A stretch of DNA of 63,261 bases, counting the filler, from Squatina squatina (taxonomy: Eukaryota), in NCBI GenBank assembly GCA_031763465.1. It is 4 parts of 4 records of this genome, joined end to end, with 100 filler letters (N's around TTAATTAATTAA, not from the genome) between each part and the next. Parts side by side here need not be neighbours in the genome. Positions count along the whole stretch, not along the records: positions 29,843 to 49,812 come from JARFOE010000219.1; positions 49,913 to 63,261 come from JARFOE010000168.1; 2 more parts are not named here. The stretch is one strand, 5' to 3'. Both the position numbers and the translations under genes were made by a program. Below are positions 40,565-52,890 of the stretch, piece by piece (position 1 is the stretch's first letter; each line of letters begins with the position of its first letter). The notes beneath the pieces were generated by a model, which had not been told where the DNA came from, ran no database searches, and saw only the letters and a list, made by a program, of their open reading frames with translations.

Positions 40565-40802
40565 TGGCCGTGACTTCAGCTGCCTCGGCCCTAAGCCTTG
40601 GAATTCCCTCCCTAAATTTCTCTGCCTCTTCACCACTCTCTCTTGCTTTAAGGCTATGCTTATAACCTACCTCTGTCACCCGTCCTCATGCCTCCTGCTT
40701 TGGCTCAGTGTCAATTTTTTGTCTGGTTACGCTCCTTTGAAATGCCTTAGGATGTTTCACTATGTTAAAAGCGCTATATATAAATGTAAGTCATTGTTGT
40801 TG
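40565..40802 (+). mobile_element. L2 LINE 3' end
   Basis: ttcagctgcctcggccctaagccttggaattccctccctaaa...aggatgtttcactatgttaaaagcgctatatataaatgtaag; reverse complement of ~52110-52350. Confidence 0.8.
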
Positions 40803-41189
40803 ATAACTTGCATGAGTGGCCATTATTCATCAAAAGTGAGCGCCCGCAAGCTATCAAACTGCAGAGGGCGTCACAGCTGAACCCAATCTTGTTCAAGCCT
40901 GGTGTTTTCAAATGCATTTAGAGCAGAGATATAGAAAGAGAAGGAATGAGAGAACGCTGGCTGATATTTTTACCCCTTCTCTTGCCCTGGATCGCTGTAT
41001 TAAAAAAACCCACTTCTCTTGCTCGCCCAGTTGAGGCCAATAAACTCAGTTTTGAAACCCGGGACCTTCTCAGAATTTATGGCTGTGACTTTTCATCTTG
41101 CAATTTGGGGAACGCAGAAGAATTATTTCATGCAGCTTGATCTGAAAAGATTTGTCTGTAGTTAGTTGCCTCCCTCAGAGGATTGTGTG

Positions 41190-41258
41190 TTAGAAACATA
41201 GAAACATAGAAAATAGCTGCAGGAGTAGGCCATTAGGCCCTTCGAGCCTGCACCGCCA
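41190..41258 (-). mobile_element. CR1/HER1 LINE 3' tail
   Basis: (tagaaaca)2...aggagtaggccattaggcccttcgagcctgcaccgcca is the reverse complement of the tail consensus. Confidence 0.85.
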
Positions 41259-41358
41259 NNNNNNNNNNNNNNNNNNNNNNNNNNNNNNNNNNNNNNNNNN
41301 NNNNNNNNNNNNNNNNNNNNNNNNNNNNNNNNNNNNNNNNNNNNNNNNNNNNNNNNNN

Positions 41359-41452
41359 GCGTTGAGGTAGAAGATCAGCCATGATCTTGTTGAATGGTGG
41401 AGCAGGCTCGAGGGGCCGAATGGCCTACTCCTGCTTCTATTTCTTATGTTCT
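41359..41452 (+). mobile_element. CR1/HER1 LINE 3' tail
   Basis: gatcagccatgatcttgttgaatggtggagcaggctcgaggggccgaatggcctactcctgcttctatttcttatgttct. Confidence 0.85.
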
Positions 41453-42748
41453 CAGGGCCAATAAGCATGAGGGAATTCGAGGGGAATCGATTTTGGGGTG
41501 GAAAACTGGAAGTAATGATTTTTACTCCAAATTTCTGGCCACAAAAATTAGTTGCCCCAATTTTGAGCTGGAGAACTATCGAAAATGATGTGGAATTTTG
41601 GTGTCAGTATCTCATATGCATGATAATGAGGTTCAGAATCTATAATATTGGGAGTCATATGATCAATATTGGCTAAATACAGAAGCTCTATTCTAGAAGA
41701 TGATTCAATGGGATGTCTTTAAGGTTTTCAGCAGAAGACACACTGCTTGATTTTTCAGTGGAATTCTGGCACATCAGGATTAGAATTCTCTTAATTGGGT
41801 GAGTGCTGACCCCACAGTAATTTCCAGGGTCAGAATCATTCTAATAAAAGGGGAAACCTCCTAACCCACATTGGGCCTGACAGTGGAGGAGGGAGGGTGG
41901 CAAAGTGCACTTCAGCAGCTCTTAAAATAGGTGCAATGATGTTGAATTTAAGCCCGTGTATGTTTTAGAATAGTAAAATGTGAATATAACTAAAAAATAA
42001 ATGGATGCATCATTGACTACTCTGTGGTACTGCTGAATAAAACTAATTAAATGCTAAGCTAGTCAATGAGCTGTGAATATAATGAAATGGTAATGTAAAT
42101 ATAATGGGACAACAATAAAAATCCTATTCAAAATTTTATAGATAGCATCTTTCATCAGATGCATAATATTTAACCTTTTATTCAGATTTTATAATGCTGT
42201 TGGCTCTATATAACACTTGTCACAAAAGTAGACTTCTAACCCAGTATAAGAATTTTACTTACTTTTCTTTTAAGGTTGCGACTGGCACAAATTGACAGTA
42301 AGAATAATTTGTTCAAAACAACTTAGAAATGTTCATTAAACACAAGCATCCTTATAGTTTAACAAACAGGACAGTAATGTACAGGTATTATACAGGCTTT
42401 ACTTCCCATTTTTCCCTTCTGGCAGGGGCTGCACTGACTCGGGATGTTCCTGTTCTGGCCTTTAGGAAACCTTCTCACATCCTTCCTGGCTCATTGTCCT
42501 TCTCAGCTGTGGTCTGAACTTGGCATCCCTCTCTTATACCTTTTTGGCTGCATGGTCACCTCATCCACAATCCTGTTGGGCCCAGCGATCGGGTCTCAGC
42601 TGCATGGCCATCCTTCAATTAGTTCCTTTGCTCATGCACAGGCCTTGGCCTATAGTGTCCCTTTTGTTAAGCATCTCATTCAGCTGGTGCTGGGCCATGA
42701 TTAGATTAATCTGTAGTCTGGCACCCCTTAAACACTCAGGTGTGTGCT

Positions 42749-42893
42749 CATGCTGCAATCACCTTGGCTACGTCACTTCCTGTCCAAGTCATGCGACAAT
42801 CACCTTGGCTACATCACTTCCTGTCCAAGCCATGCTGCAATCTCCTTGGCTATGTCACTTCCTGTCCAAGCCATGCTGCAATCTCCTTGGCTA
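42749..42893. repeat. Tandem repeat, 41-bp unit, ~3.5 copies
   Basis: Unit catgctgcaatcaccttggctacgtcacttcctgtccaagt starting at 42749, 42790, 42831 and 42872. Confidence 0.95.
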
Positions 42894-43133
42894 GTTCGAC
42901 AGGGCAGTTTCGTCAGACTCCGCCCATTCAGGGAAAAGACAAAGTCGTTTTTGCTGTGGGGATTTTAAAACAGCAGTATTTCAACCGGCTTTTAACAACA
43001 CAGTAATTCTTGTTATATTGACAGGCTTTCCACNNNNNNNNNNNNNNNNNNNNNNNNNNNNNNNNNNNNNNNNNNNNNNNNNNNNNNNNNNNNNNNNNNN
43101 NNNNNNNNNNNNNNNNNNNNNNNNNNNNNNNNN

Positions 43134-43258
43134 TTGTGTGGGACCTTGTCAAAAGCCTTCTGGAAGTCCAAATACACCACATCCACTGGTTCCCCCCTAT
43201 CCACTCTACAGGTTACATCCTCAAAAAATTCTAGAAGATTTGTCAAGCATGATTTCCC
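43134..43258 (-). mobile_element. CR1 LINE RT fragment
   Basis: TNLLEFFEDVT.RVDRGEPVDVVYLDFQKAFDKVPH. Confidence 0.95.
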
Positions 43259-43267
43259 GATGCAAAA

Positions 43268-43334
43268 CAGTCATGATCCCACTGAATGGTGGAACAGGCT
43301 TGATGGCTGAATGACCTACTCCTGTTCCTATATT
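43268..43334 (+). mobile_element. CR1/HER1 3' tail abutting the opposite-strand RT fragment
   Basis: cagtcatgatcccactgaatggtggaacaggcttgatggctgaatgacctactcctgttcctat. Confidence 0.7.
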
Positions 43335-43737
43335 GCTAAATTCCTTTCCAGTTAATATCCTATAATTTCCCTACATTAGCCAGTTTGGAGGCAGGTGCTT
43401 CTTCCTCCTGCCCCTACTTCAACTGCGACTCACTGGGCATCATGGAAGGGGCATAGCTCCAGCATTTCTGAGTCCTGCCCAAATCCCAGGCTCCTTCCCC
43501 CAGAAATTCACAATTTTTTAAACATACAATCTTACTGAAAAAAGCTACAAGGACCATTGATGAGAAGCAGAAAATTTGCAATGTAGCAACAGAGAGTTTT
43601 CTACCATGATTAGAGTAGAAGCTTTACTCTGAGATAGCATGGAAGGGGAAAGATATTGCATTCTGCAGGATTGAGATCTCTCAACTTGGTTGGCAATATA
43701 AATTCTGCCAACAAGCATGAAAAATAATAGACAGTAT

Positions 43738-43930
43738 GGCCTTGAAATTGCAATCGGAGGCTTCCGATAGCAATTATTTCTACGAACTTACCTTAGGGAT
43801 CTGGATCCACACAGGTTTGCGATATCTGCTGCCTCTGAGTTGTAGATTCACAGCGGGAATCTCGAGGTTAGTAGGCACGTCTGTTTCAGAGCCTGGAGAG
43901 GTCACATGGGAGGCCCCAGCCAATCAGGTA
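43738..43930 (+). mobile_element. 5' end of the hairpin-chain Harbinger-like family
   Basis: ggccttgaaattgcaatcggaggcttcc...acgaacttacc...ggatccac is shared with 869-960 and 49630-49720. Confidence 0.55.
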
Positions 43931-43969
43931 GGTGTATCTTTTATTGAAGTTTTGACAGTTCTAAGCAAT

Positions 43970-44065
43970 CTGTCAGAACTGAAAGGACACCAACCTGAAA
44001 CGTTAACTCTGTTTCTCTATTCACAAATACTGCCTGTCCGGCTGAGTATTTCCAGCATTTTCTGT
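43970..44065 (+). mobile_element. Penelope-type repeat with degenerate hammerhead core
   Basis: ctgaaaggacaccaacctGAAACGTTAactctgtttctct...gctgagtatttccagcattttctgt. Confidence 0.55.
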
Positions 44066-45524
44066 AGAAAAAATACTAAATTTGCAATTTGAAAATTAGA
44101 GATGAACATCAAAATTGTTTCTCCAGCTCAAGATCCCACTACTGGAAAATTTAAATTAATGGATGGATAATCAGAAGGGCTCTATTATGGGTATGCAATC
44201 CCCCTGCTACAGTTTTCCTCGATGTGTCCGCCTTGGTGAATTTATATGCCTAAAATTATAAGATCCACATACTGTACAAGTGCATTATTGGTATGAACAT
44301 TTTTACACAATTGAAGTGTTCTGCTTTTGAGCTGGACTGCCTGAATAATCCCACATAACTAGGGCATTCTCCTGCTAAGGAACCAATTCTCATAATATAA
44401 ATGGTTCATATTATTTAGAAAGCTAAACTATAGCCCACTGTGAAAAAGGAATATTAAGTTTAATAGCATCCTAGAGGGCAACGCAGTTGTTTTCTGAAGT
44501 CATTACTTCACACAGATATATTGTACATTTTGGGCATATTCATTTGCAGCCTAATAATATTAGGTGTTTGGTAAGGTTCCGGTTGGTGACAGATGAATTG
44601 AAAAATAAGTCAAGCTTGAACTGTTGCTCAAAAATTAAAATGGAATGCACGGGTTGTCACCAAAGTATAGCAGCTATGGCATCATGGGCTTGACCTTTAT
44701 TTTCTATTATGCAAACAACTATTTACCAGTGGATCATACAAATTATTTCTTTTAGCCTTTGGTAAAATGACCTTTCTGGAAGACACAATTAAGTTCATGT
44801 TGCTTTCTTATGTTTTTGTGGCACCGTNNNNNNNNNNNNNNNNNNNNNNNNNNNNNNNNNNNNNNNNNNNNNNNNNNNNNNNNNNNNNNNNNNNNNNNNN
44901 NNNNNNNNNNNNNNNNNNNNNNNNNNNCTGCAATGCCCGCAGCAGTGATCTGTGTTCACAGAGGAAGGTCGCTTGTGAAAGCACTTCTTAAAAAAAGAGA
45001 CAAATATGAAATAAAATTTCCCTGGTGAGACAATCCTTTGTTGCATTTAATTAGGCTGCTGGTCTTATTAAATTTTGTTGATGAAGCCTTCTATCTAGTC
45101 CACGTTAATTAAGGTGAGGTTTGCTTTGTAAGTAAATCTAATTTTGGGATGAATCATATAGCACATATTTTATGAAGAGTGAAATTGAGTTCATGTTTGC
45201 TTCGCACAGACTACTTAGCCATTAATTTTTAAATTTTATTTTGGAATTTTCATTGTGTTTCTATAGTCTTTCTAATAATTTAACCATCTCTAAATTATTA
45301 GGCATGATCCAACATATTATTGTCGAAATCATCACCATCCAAAAAAATGTACATATCAAACCTATCAATGAAAATTCCTCTTGGGGGTACTTCAATGTGG
45401 AGGAGCTGCTCTTTTACTGATCGATGGATCTGCTCGCATTCTGTTTTTTGCTTGTGCATGGTATTGATCCAATAGAATTTCTTGCACTTTATGGTTAACT
45501 TCGACAAAGAGGTGTTTCTGTCCA

Positions 45525-45805
45525 TATCATCCAGAGATGCTCATTTCAAATCCCAATACAGCAGCTTGAGAATTTGAATTAAATTTTAAAAATCTGGTAT
45601 CAGTGGAAGTGACCATGAAGCTGTCAGATCGTTGTGAAAAAGCCAACTGGTTCCCTAACGCCCATTAGGTAAGGCAACCTGTTGTCCTTACCCTGTCCGG
45701 CCTCCAGTAACACCAGTCCCACACCAACATGGTTGACTCTTAACTACTCTCTGAAGTGGCCCAGCAAGCCACTCAGTTGTATCAAACCACTATAAAGAAT
45801 GGATT
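45525..45805 (+). mobile_element. Degenerate tRNA-derived shark SINE-like repeat
   Basis: B-box-like ttcaaatccc, then gtgaccatgaagctgtc...aactggttc...tggttgactcttaact..tctgaagtggcccagcaagccactcagtt, which I recall as a common elasmobranch repeat. Confidence 0.55.
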
Positions 45806-45866
45806 GCAGTAGTTTGTCCATTTAAACTGGACATAGTACAAGGAATGAAGATAAAAGATCGGGGGG

Positions 45867-46598
45867 GGGGGCCAAATTGAGTTGCCCGAAATGGGCCACA
45901 GCATTCGCGACTCCATAGCCAGGGATGCACCGCGCAGGCAGCGAGGCACTAGGGCACAGCCTTGGTGACATAGTCACCGTTCCAGGTCAACGCAACGTGG
46001 CAATGCTAAATCGGCGTTGCCACAGTGGTGACCTGGCCAATGCCACATCACTGCCGGGTTGCCACACTGCCAGCGCAACTGCACATGCGCAAGCCACGGC
46101 TCCGCTCCCTGCCTTAAAGGCAAGGGCCGCAGGCTTGACATTTGCCTAGTGATCCAGGCCCACTGGAACACCATAGAGGTCAGAGCCAGAGCAAAAATGT
46201 GCCGGCAACCCAGAGAGCGTGCTGGCAAAGATGGTGAGCACTTTTGGAGGGGCGGCTGATAATAAAGTTGGCCGATGTTTAAAGATGGCGGCCGCCGGCA
46301 CAACACCCTGGCCTTTAACATGCCTTGGCAATGACACAAAAAACCTGTTTTTGCCAATGCCAGTGGCGTCACGGGTGAGCCTGCCTTCAATTCCAGAGGC
46401 GGCGCACTCGCGGCACACGGGGGTCGCGCACAGACACAGACGGGCCAGCAGGTGATATTATGACGTTGCGTATCTGACCCTGGTGTTAACGGCAATGAGG
46501 CCCATAGGCCGTCGGAGTGCCAGGCCCAATACAGCATTTTATCATTTTTTGACTCTACGCTGCTTTCGTGCCTGGGTAGCGCCGCAATTAGGGCCCCC
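45867..46598. mobile_element. GC/CpG-rich Harbinger-like MITE with TIRs
   Basis: Left gggggccaaattg, right caattagggccccc; aagatggcggc motif inside. Confidence 0.65.
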
Positions 46599-47276
46599 AA
46601 CATTATTATTCTCATTTAATATAGAATTGTACCTAAACAAATTGCAAAAATTACAAGTTGTAAGCTTTGAGAATTCCTCCCTTCCCCCAAAAAGCAAATG
46701 CTCCAGTAATGTACTTGAGATGTGAGAAAATCTCAGATTTTTGTTTTAACTCATCTCTTTAAGGCACCTAGAAACTACTACCCAAATGGGAAAGAAGCTG
46801 GTTATTTCTGTAATTTTATGAGACTGCAATCGTCTGCTAGAAATTGGTATTATCAGGTTTACTCAAGTCAAGTTCTTTTTTCATTGTTGCCCCTCAAAAT
46901 TATATAAGGGTATTTGCTTAAACAGAAAGAAAGGCTAAACATAAAAGATTTGATGGCATTACCTCAGAGAATCCATTCTAGACGGGTGTGTGAGGATTTA
47001 GGATCACTCCGATAAAAACTCTGCTGCTGAATTTACCCTCAGGGATTTGCATTGCACGGCACTATCAATATATGTTAAAAAATTCATCTTTTTTTTCTTT
47101 TGCCATGTAATCAAATTAAACATTTTTGCATAATCGATCCTCACTACTGTTTCGTTATGGTGATGATAATTGAAATATAACTTCCAGGCATTGCTCAGTT
47201 TCAGTGGCATAAAAGATTTCCAATTCAACTGTGTTGCATAATTGAACAAAACTATTGTATTTTGCACGGAAACCTA

Positions 47277-47705
47277 GGCCTAGAAATTCGGGTCGTTTGT
47301 GCGTCCCATTAGTGCCCCCAGGGATGCTACTGGGGCGCAATCGACTTTTCGCCCAGGCACGGCAACAGTAACCCATAGCGCCCTACTCCGCTGTGCCGAC
47401 GATGATGACATCATTACCTTGCGCAGCGCCCCTTTATCGCCGCGGAACAAAAATTGGGGAGCCCCCTCTGACGCTGCACCAGATGGTGCCAGCAACAGCT
47501 TCAGCGGACATGAACCGGGCTGCAAGCCGCTCGCGGGGTGATACTTAACGGGGAGGTGGTGGCCATGTAATAAAAAATCCACCAATTTTCTTCGGCGACG
47601 CGTTGGTGCCGCGATCGTGGGAGGGCTGTGGGAAGTGAGTGGCAGGGCAAAGTGCAGCCAGTTTCGGAGCTGACATTGACAGACCACAACTTCGGGATTT
47701 CTGCA
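47277..47705 (+). mobile_element. Harbinger-like MITE left part, truncated by gap
   Basis: Begins ggcctagaaattcg; CpG-rich; gatgacatcat motif shared with the elements near 13700 and 30450. Confidence 0.6.
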
Positions 47706-48007
47706 NNNNNNNNNNNNNNNNNNNNNNNNNNNNNNNNNNNNNNNNNNNNNNNNNNNNNNNNNNNNNNNNNNNNNNNNNNNNNNNNNNNNNNNNNNNNNNN
47801 NNNNNGGCTTTTTTTTTATTTTTAAAAATGTTCCCTTTCCAGAAAGGCCAGTAGTCTTACAAAAGCCGCTCACAAAACCTGGTTGCTTTGTGAAACAAGC
47901 CTATCAGCATACTGTAGGCCCCACTTCCATCAGGATGGCATCCTGGCATGTACTGCATGTCTACTTCAACAGCTGTACAGGTGGGAGCAGCAGATACAGT
48001 ACAGTGT

Positions 48008-48123
48008 AATGCGCTTCCTGCATTACAGAAGTGACTACACTTCAAAAGTACTTGATGGGTTGTAAAGTGCTTTGGTATGTCCTGGTGTTGTGAAAGGCAC
48101 TATATTAATGCAAGTTCTTTCTT
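48008..48123 (+). mobile_element. SacSINE1/L2-type 3' tail
   Basis: ttcctgcattacagaagtgactacacttcaaaagtactt...gtgaaaggcactatattaatgcaagttctttctt. Confidence 0.7.
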
Positions 48124-49629
48124 GAGATGATGCAAACCAATCAGTCCTATCTCTTTCATGACATTACCAGTAAAGTGGGAGGTAGACACCCACTTCAAGA
48201 AGCCCTCGTGCAGTTCAGATAGGGCAGGTTTTGCCAAAAGATGCACCCACAACACCCAAGTGTAGCTTAGATCCACTTATAAGATTGTGGATTTTTGGGG
48301 TCTATATCTTTCCTCAGAATGGATTTTTTGACTAATCTACTTTTCAAATAACCTCTGGAGAAACATTAGACATTTTTGAATATTAAAATATAAAACTGGC
48401 AGAGTGTTCTGAGACTCTGCAGCATTGGCATGGCCTTGCACACAGTGGGTAACTTGTTGGAAAGTTATGGGTGTTGTGCCTATGATTTTCCATTCAATGA
48501 CATAATTGGGAAGAAAATAGCAGGCCCTGGGCCACTGATTTTCCACTCAGCTGTTTTCGCAAGGCATGCCAGTGGCACGAGGCCATACGAAGTTCCATCC
48601 TGTATCTTTAAACCCTCTAAACATTGCTCGCTTGTGCAATTTATTGTGCAGTGTGGAACTGGTATAACATAAAGCGTAATAAAAAAAAAATCCTATTGCT
48701 CTCAAGACATAAATAAAGAGTATCTGTGTCTAGAATCTAATTCTGTTTTGATTCCCGTGTGGTGTTTGGTAGAACACAAGTAATTGCTCAGACATTCAAA
48801 CCATGTTGAGGTACAAAAAGATCAGGCAAGTTATTAGGAAGCAGTAACACAAAGGGTGATATTAAGTACAACTGATGTGATGGAAGTTTTTTTTTTAATG
48901 CACTGGGCATTATTTTAAATATTACATAATTGACTCCAGAGATATAATTATGTGTATAACCTGTTATTTTCATGAGCCTTCTAATTTGTTTATTTCTTGG
49001 GAGAATAATCATCCTGATGAATGTTTCTGATCAATCACCTAAACAAAATGATGATAGATCACACAGGACATGGTTAAATCCAACTTCATCAGAACTCATT
49101 ATAATGGGATCTGCTAAGGTGAGCCAGACACATACTTGATACCTGTCTTTCAATTAGATAGGCATATGTTTAAGTGTAAGGGTTTACCTGTCACTCAGGT
49201 TCCTGTGGGAGTGACATTTGTCAGTCTCAGTTGGAGTAATCCATCTTACTGTTAGACATTGAGTTATTTAGCTAACAACTGTAAGTCATCATTTTTCATG
49301 GTAGTAATAGAAACATCTGTAGCATAAACCTTCCCTCCTAGCTGAGGAAGATTGATGACTGAGAAAAAGGCTCAAAATCAGGTCTAAAAATCAAGTAAAT
49401 GCAATACATCAATTTATTGGTGGCACAGGGTTAATTATGTTCTTGCTAAACGTGAAAATAAGTGCTCAAACACTGATTAAAATGTTTTCCTTTATCATTA
49501 TTCAAGCTATTTCAGATAGCAATACTGGTGTTGTCATTAGAATACCACTGTTTCGTCATCAATCTTGTTCACTTTGTAGCTTCTGAATGTCATTAAAATT
49601 CATTGTGCTCATTTGACGTGTTAAATATT

Positions 49630-49812
49630 GGGCCTGAAATTGTGATTGGAGGCTTCCTGCGTGCAGCTGCCTCCGATTGCAATTATCTCTACGTACTTAC
49701 CTAAGGGTCCTGGATCCACGCAACCCTGCAATATTTAACCCCCACCCCCTCACAGTTGGAGATTCGGAGCGGGGCTCTCTAGTTTCCCGGGCAAGTCGAG
49801 CAAAGAGGTTGG
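49630..49812 (+). mobile_element. 5' end of the hairpin-chain Harbinger-like family
   Basis: Starts gggcctgaaattg; terminal hairpin aattgtgattggaggc...gcctccgattgcaatt; then acttacc...ggatccac. Confidence 0.6.
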
Positions 49813-49912
49813 NNNNNNNNNNNNNNNNNNNNNNNNNNNNNNNNNNNNNNNNNNNNTTAATTAATTAANNNNNNNNNNNNNNNNNNNNNNNNNNNNNNNN
49901 NNNNNNNNNNNN
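49813..49912. other. Artificial scaffold linker N44-TTAATTAATTAA-N44
   Basis: Identical structure; 12-mer at 49857-49868. Confidence 0.95.
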
Positions 49913-49959
49913 CCTCTCGAATCCATCTCCCCATTACTTTAAACCTATGCCCCGACATC

Positions 49960-50235
49960 AGAGGCTTTAATACAGAAAATAGTGCTTTTTCTCATTTTCT
50001 TTGAACACGCATTTATTAGATATACAACTATTGGAGATGGGAGGGAAGGCCGTTTCACTAACAGTCACGATTAATCCAACTGGGTAACAAACAGCCTGTT
50101 CCCTTTCCAATTGGCTGCAGGAAGGCAATGTGCCCAGAGGACAGACCATTGGCTGGAGTGTGGGGGCGGGCTGGTTCAAGGTGGGAGGACATGTGATGAA
50201 ACCTCCAGGAATACACCCAACCGGAGTTGGCAACC
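49960..50235. mobile_element. DNA transposon/MITE end with GGGTTGCCAAC-type terminus
   Basis: Ends ...cctccaggaatacacccaaccggagttggcaaccc; two CCAAT/ATTGG boxes and a GC box inside. Confidence 0.45.
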
Positions 50236-52104
50236 CGAATCACTGCGCTAGTATACATTTTCTGCTTTCCCATAGGCATCGTTACATCCTCTCTGCGTGA
50301 GATTGATATTTCAGAGTCAGAGCCAAATCATTGAAAGGTTTTGAACTATGTACCCATGCCTATTAGGAGATTGGTTGTGACTGCCCAAACTCAATCCAGG
50401 TGTCTGGACAGTGTTCTCGCCTCCACTGTACCACACAATATATTACTTCTTAAAGGTATGCGAACAAAACAGCACATTCATTTTGAAAATGTTGGCCTTT
50501 CGCTCCTTCAAAGTGCAACTCTGAAGGGAGAGAAAGGTTAATACGCTGCTAAAATTTACCTGAAAATACGGTGAGATATGTTCGGTTTATTTAAAGTGAC
50601 ATTTAAAAGTCAATAGGGGCTCCCAATTCTTTTTATAAAATGAGATCAAGGAACACGCATGTATGAAAAGCAATTTCACAAGATCAGTTCTTTCAGCTGA
50701 CCAATACTAACACAAACATAAAACAATGGACATGAATTTCAAAGCAACGTTCCCCTTCAGCACATTTACTGTTACGTGCTTAAATGTTAATACACACACA
50801 CTTAACTGAGTGACCTCTTATGTTCCCGTTTGGAAGGAATGCATCATCTGTAAATGTTACTAATAGTCGCTTTATAAAATGTTATGCATGGCTGACTTTG
50901 TTGGTCTTTTATGGCACTTCAAAGTATTATTTGCACTTTGAAGTTTGTCTGCCCTTGAAGAATATATCTTCAGCACTGAGTAATTAAGATTTTGGGGGAT
51001 TTTGCATGCTTGGTACTTATAAAAACATGTTTGGATGATAATAAATATTGACCAGCAGTGCAACAAAGAATCAATGTGAATATATTAACTACTCTATTTA
51101 TTGCAATAACCTCATCTGGGAATATATCCAAGAAAGGTCAGGGTTTTCAAACCTATTCATTCTCAATGGTTACAAACTGACTGCTACTTAGCCACAAAGT
51201 TCTGCAGAGATGCCAGGTTTTCCTTGAAAGCAACAGTTTTTCATTTTGACATCTTTTTGATTAAGAAAAACTGTTCCGTAGGAAGAATAATTATGATTCA
51301 ACAATTGCTGGAGGTGAAAATGAGAAATACTAAGAGATACTGATAAATGCCATGTCAGCAGCATATTTCCTGCCGACATATTAACGTGAAATAAGACCCT
51401 GCTGCATTTGTCCATTTTTAAAATTCTGGCTTTGAATTCCTGGAGCTAAAATGTAACTGGATTATAACATCATAACAGCATAGTTTGTAGTGGCATGCTG
51501 TCATATCCTAGCTGTAAATCCAGTATTGCAGTGAGTGAAGTTAAAAGGAATAAGGGTTGTTTTAAATCACCACTCACAATCCACAAGGTATCGCAATGCA
51601 TCACAAAGTGAAATATAAAATTTAGAAACTATTTTTAATGCAGCAATTAAATGTAGAATAGCACATAAGCATTTTGCACAATCTCTACTTCATGTTACTA
51701 CTGTATTCAAACATTACTGATTATGTTAAAGCTTTTGATACCCAGCCTCACTCACAAATGAAATACATCAATTAAATATACAAAAATGAAATACACAGCA
51801 TTTGATTTCTAATCAAAGAGCTGCTACTTTAAATATAACCTCCTCTGACATTTTAAAAGCCTGCCTAATTGGACAGCTTTCATTATTTCTTGGTACAACC
51901 ACTAGATGGAGCAACACACAGTAAAGGTATGACGAGCAGTAAAAGGCACCATCACATACAAGCACACCTGTCACAGTCCGCAGCTAAGCCTTCCCAGCTG
52001 AAAGAGGAAGTGTGGCAGTTGGAGGCAGCTAGAAGCAAGGACAAAAGACTCACTCTACCCTGGATGTAACTTAAGAACATGCAAAAGGATAAGATTGATA
52101 TCCA

Positions 52105-52890
52105 CAACAGTAACTTGCATTTATATAGCGCATTTAACGTAGTGAAATTTCCCAAGGCGCTTCACCCAAAGGATTATCAAACAAAATTTGACAGGGAGCC
52201 ACAAAGGAGATATTAGCACAGATGACCAAAGGCTTGATCAAAGAGGTGGATTTAAGGAGCAGCTTAAAAGGAGAGAGAGGTGGAGAGGCGAAGAGGTTTA
52301 GTGAGGGAATTCCAGAGCTTAAGGCGTAGGCAGCTGAAGGCACGGCCACCATTGGTGGAGCGATTAAAATCGAGTGGCAGGAGAAGCCAGAATTGGAGGA
52401 GTGCAGAGATCTCTGAGGGGTGTAGGGCTGGAGAGATTAGAGAGATAGGGAGGGGGGCGAGACCATGGAGGGATTTGAAAACAAGGATGAGAATTTTTAA
52501 ATCGCGGTGTTGCCAGACCTGGAGCCAACGTAGATCAGCAAGCACAGGAGTGATGGGTGAATAGGACTTGGTACGGGTTAGGATGCGGGCAGCAGAGTTT
52601 TGGGTGATCAGAGTGGAGTGTGTAAGGTGGGAGGCCAGCCATGGGAGCATTGGAATAGTCGAGTCCACAGGTAACAATGGCATGGATGAGGGTATCAGCA
52701 GCAGATAAGCAGAGGCAGGGGCAGAGACAGGCGATATCACAGAGGTGGAAGTACACGGTCTTGGTGATGGCGAAGATATGGGGACAGGAGCTCAGCTCAG
52801 GGTCAAACAGAGCATCAAGGTTGCAAACAGTCTTGTTCAGCCTCAGACTGTAGCCAGGGAGAGAGACGGAGTTGGTGGCGAGGGAATGGA
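52105..52890 (-). mobile_element. L2-clade LINE 3' ~0.8 kb
   Basis: Frameshifted DIA.L.P.L...AADTLIHA.VT..LDYSNA, QNSAARILTRTK..SPITPVLADL.WL and LKILILVFKSLHGLAP; 3' tail gcgctatataaatgcaagtt. Confidence 0.92.

Noticed and set aside
45925-46615. 213-aa minus-strand ORF and overlapping ORFs
   Set aside because: Same cause: GC-rich MITE, no homology recognised.
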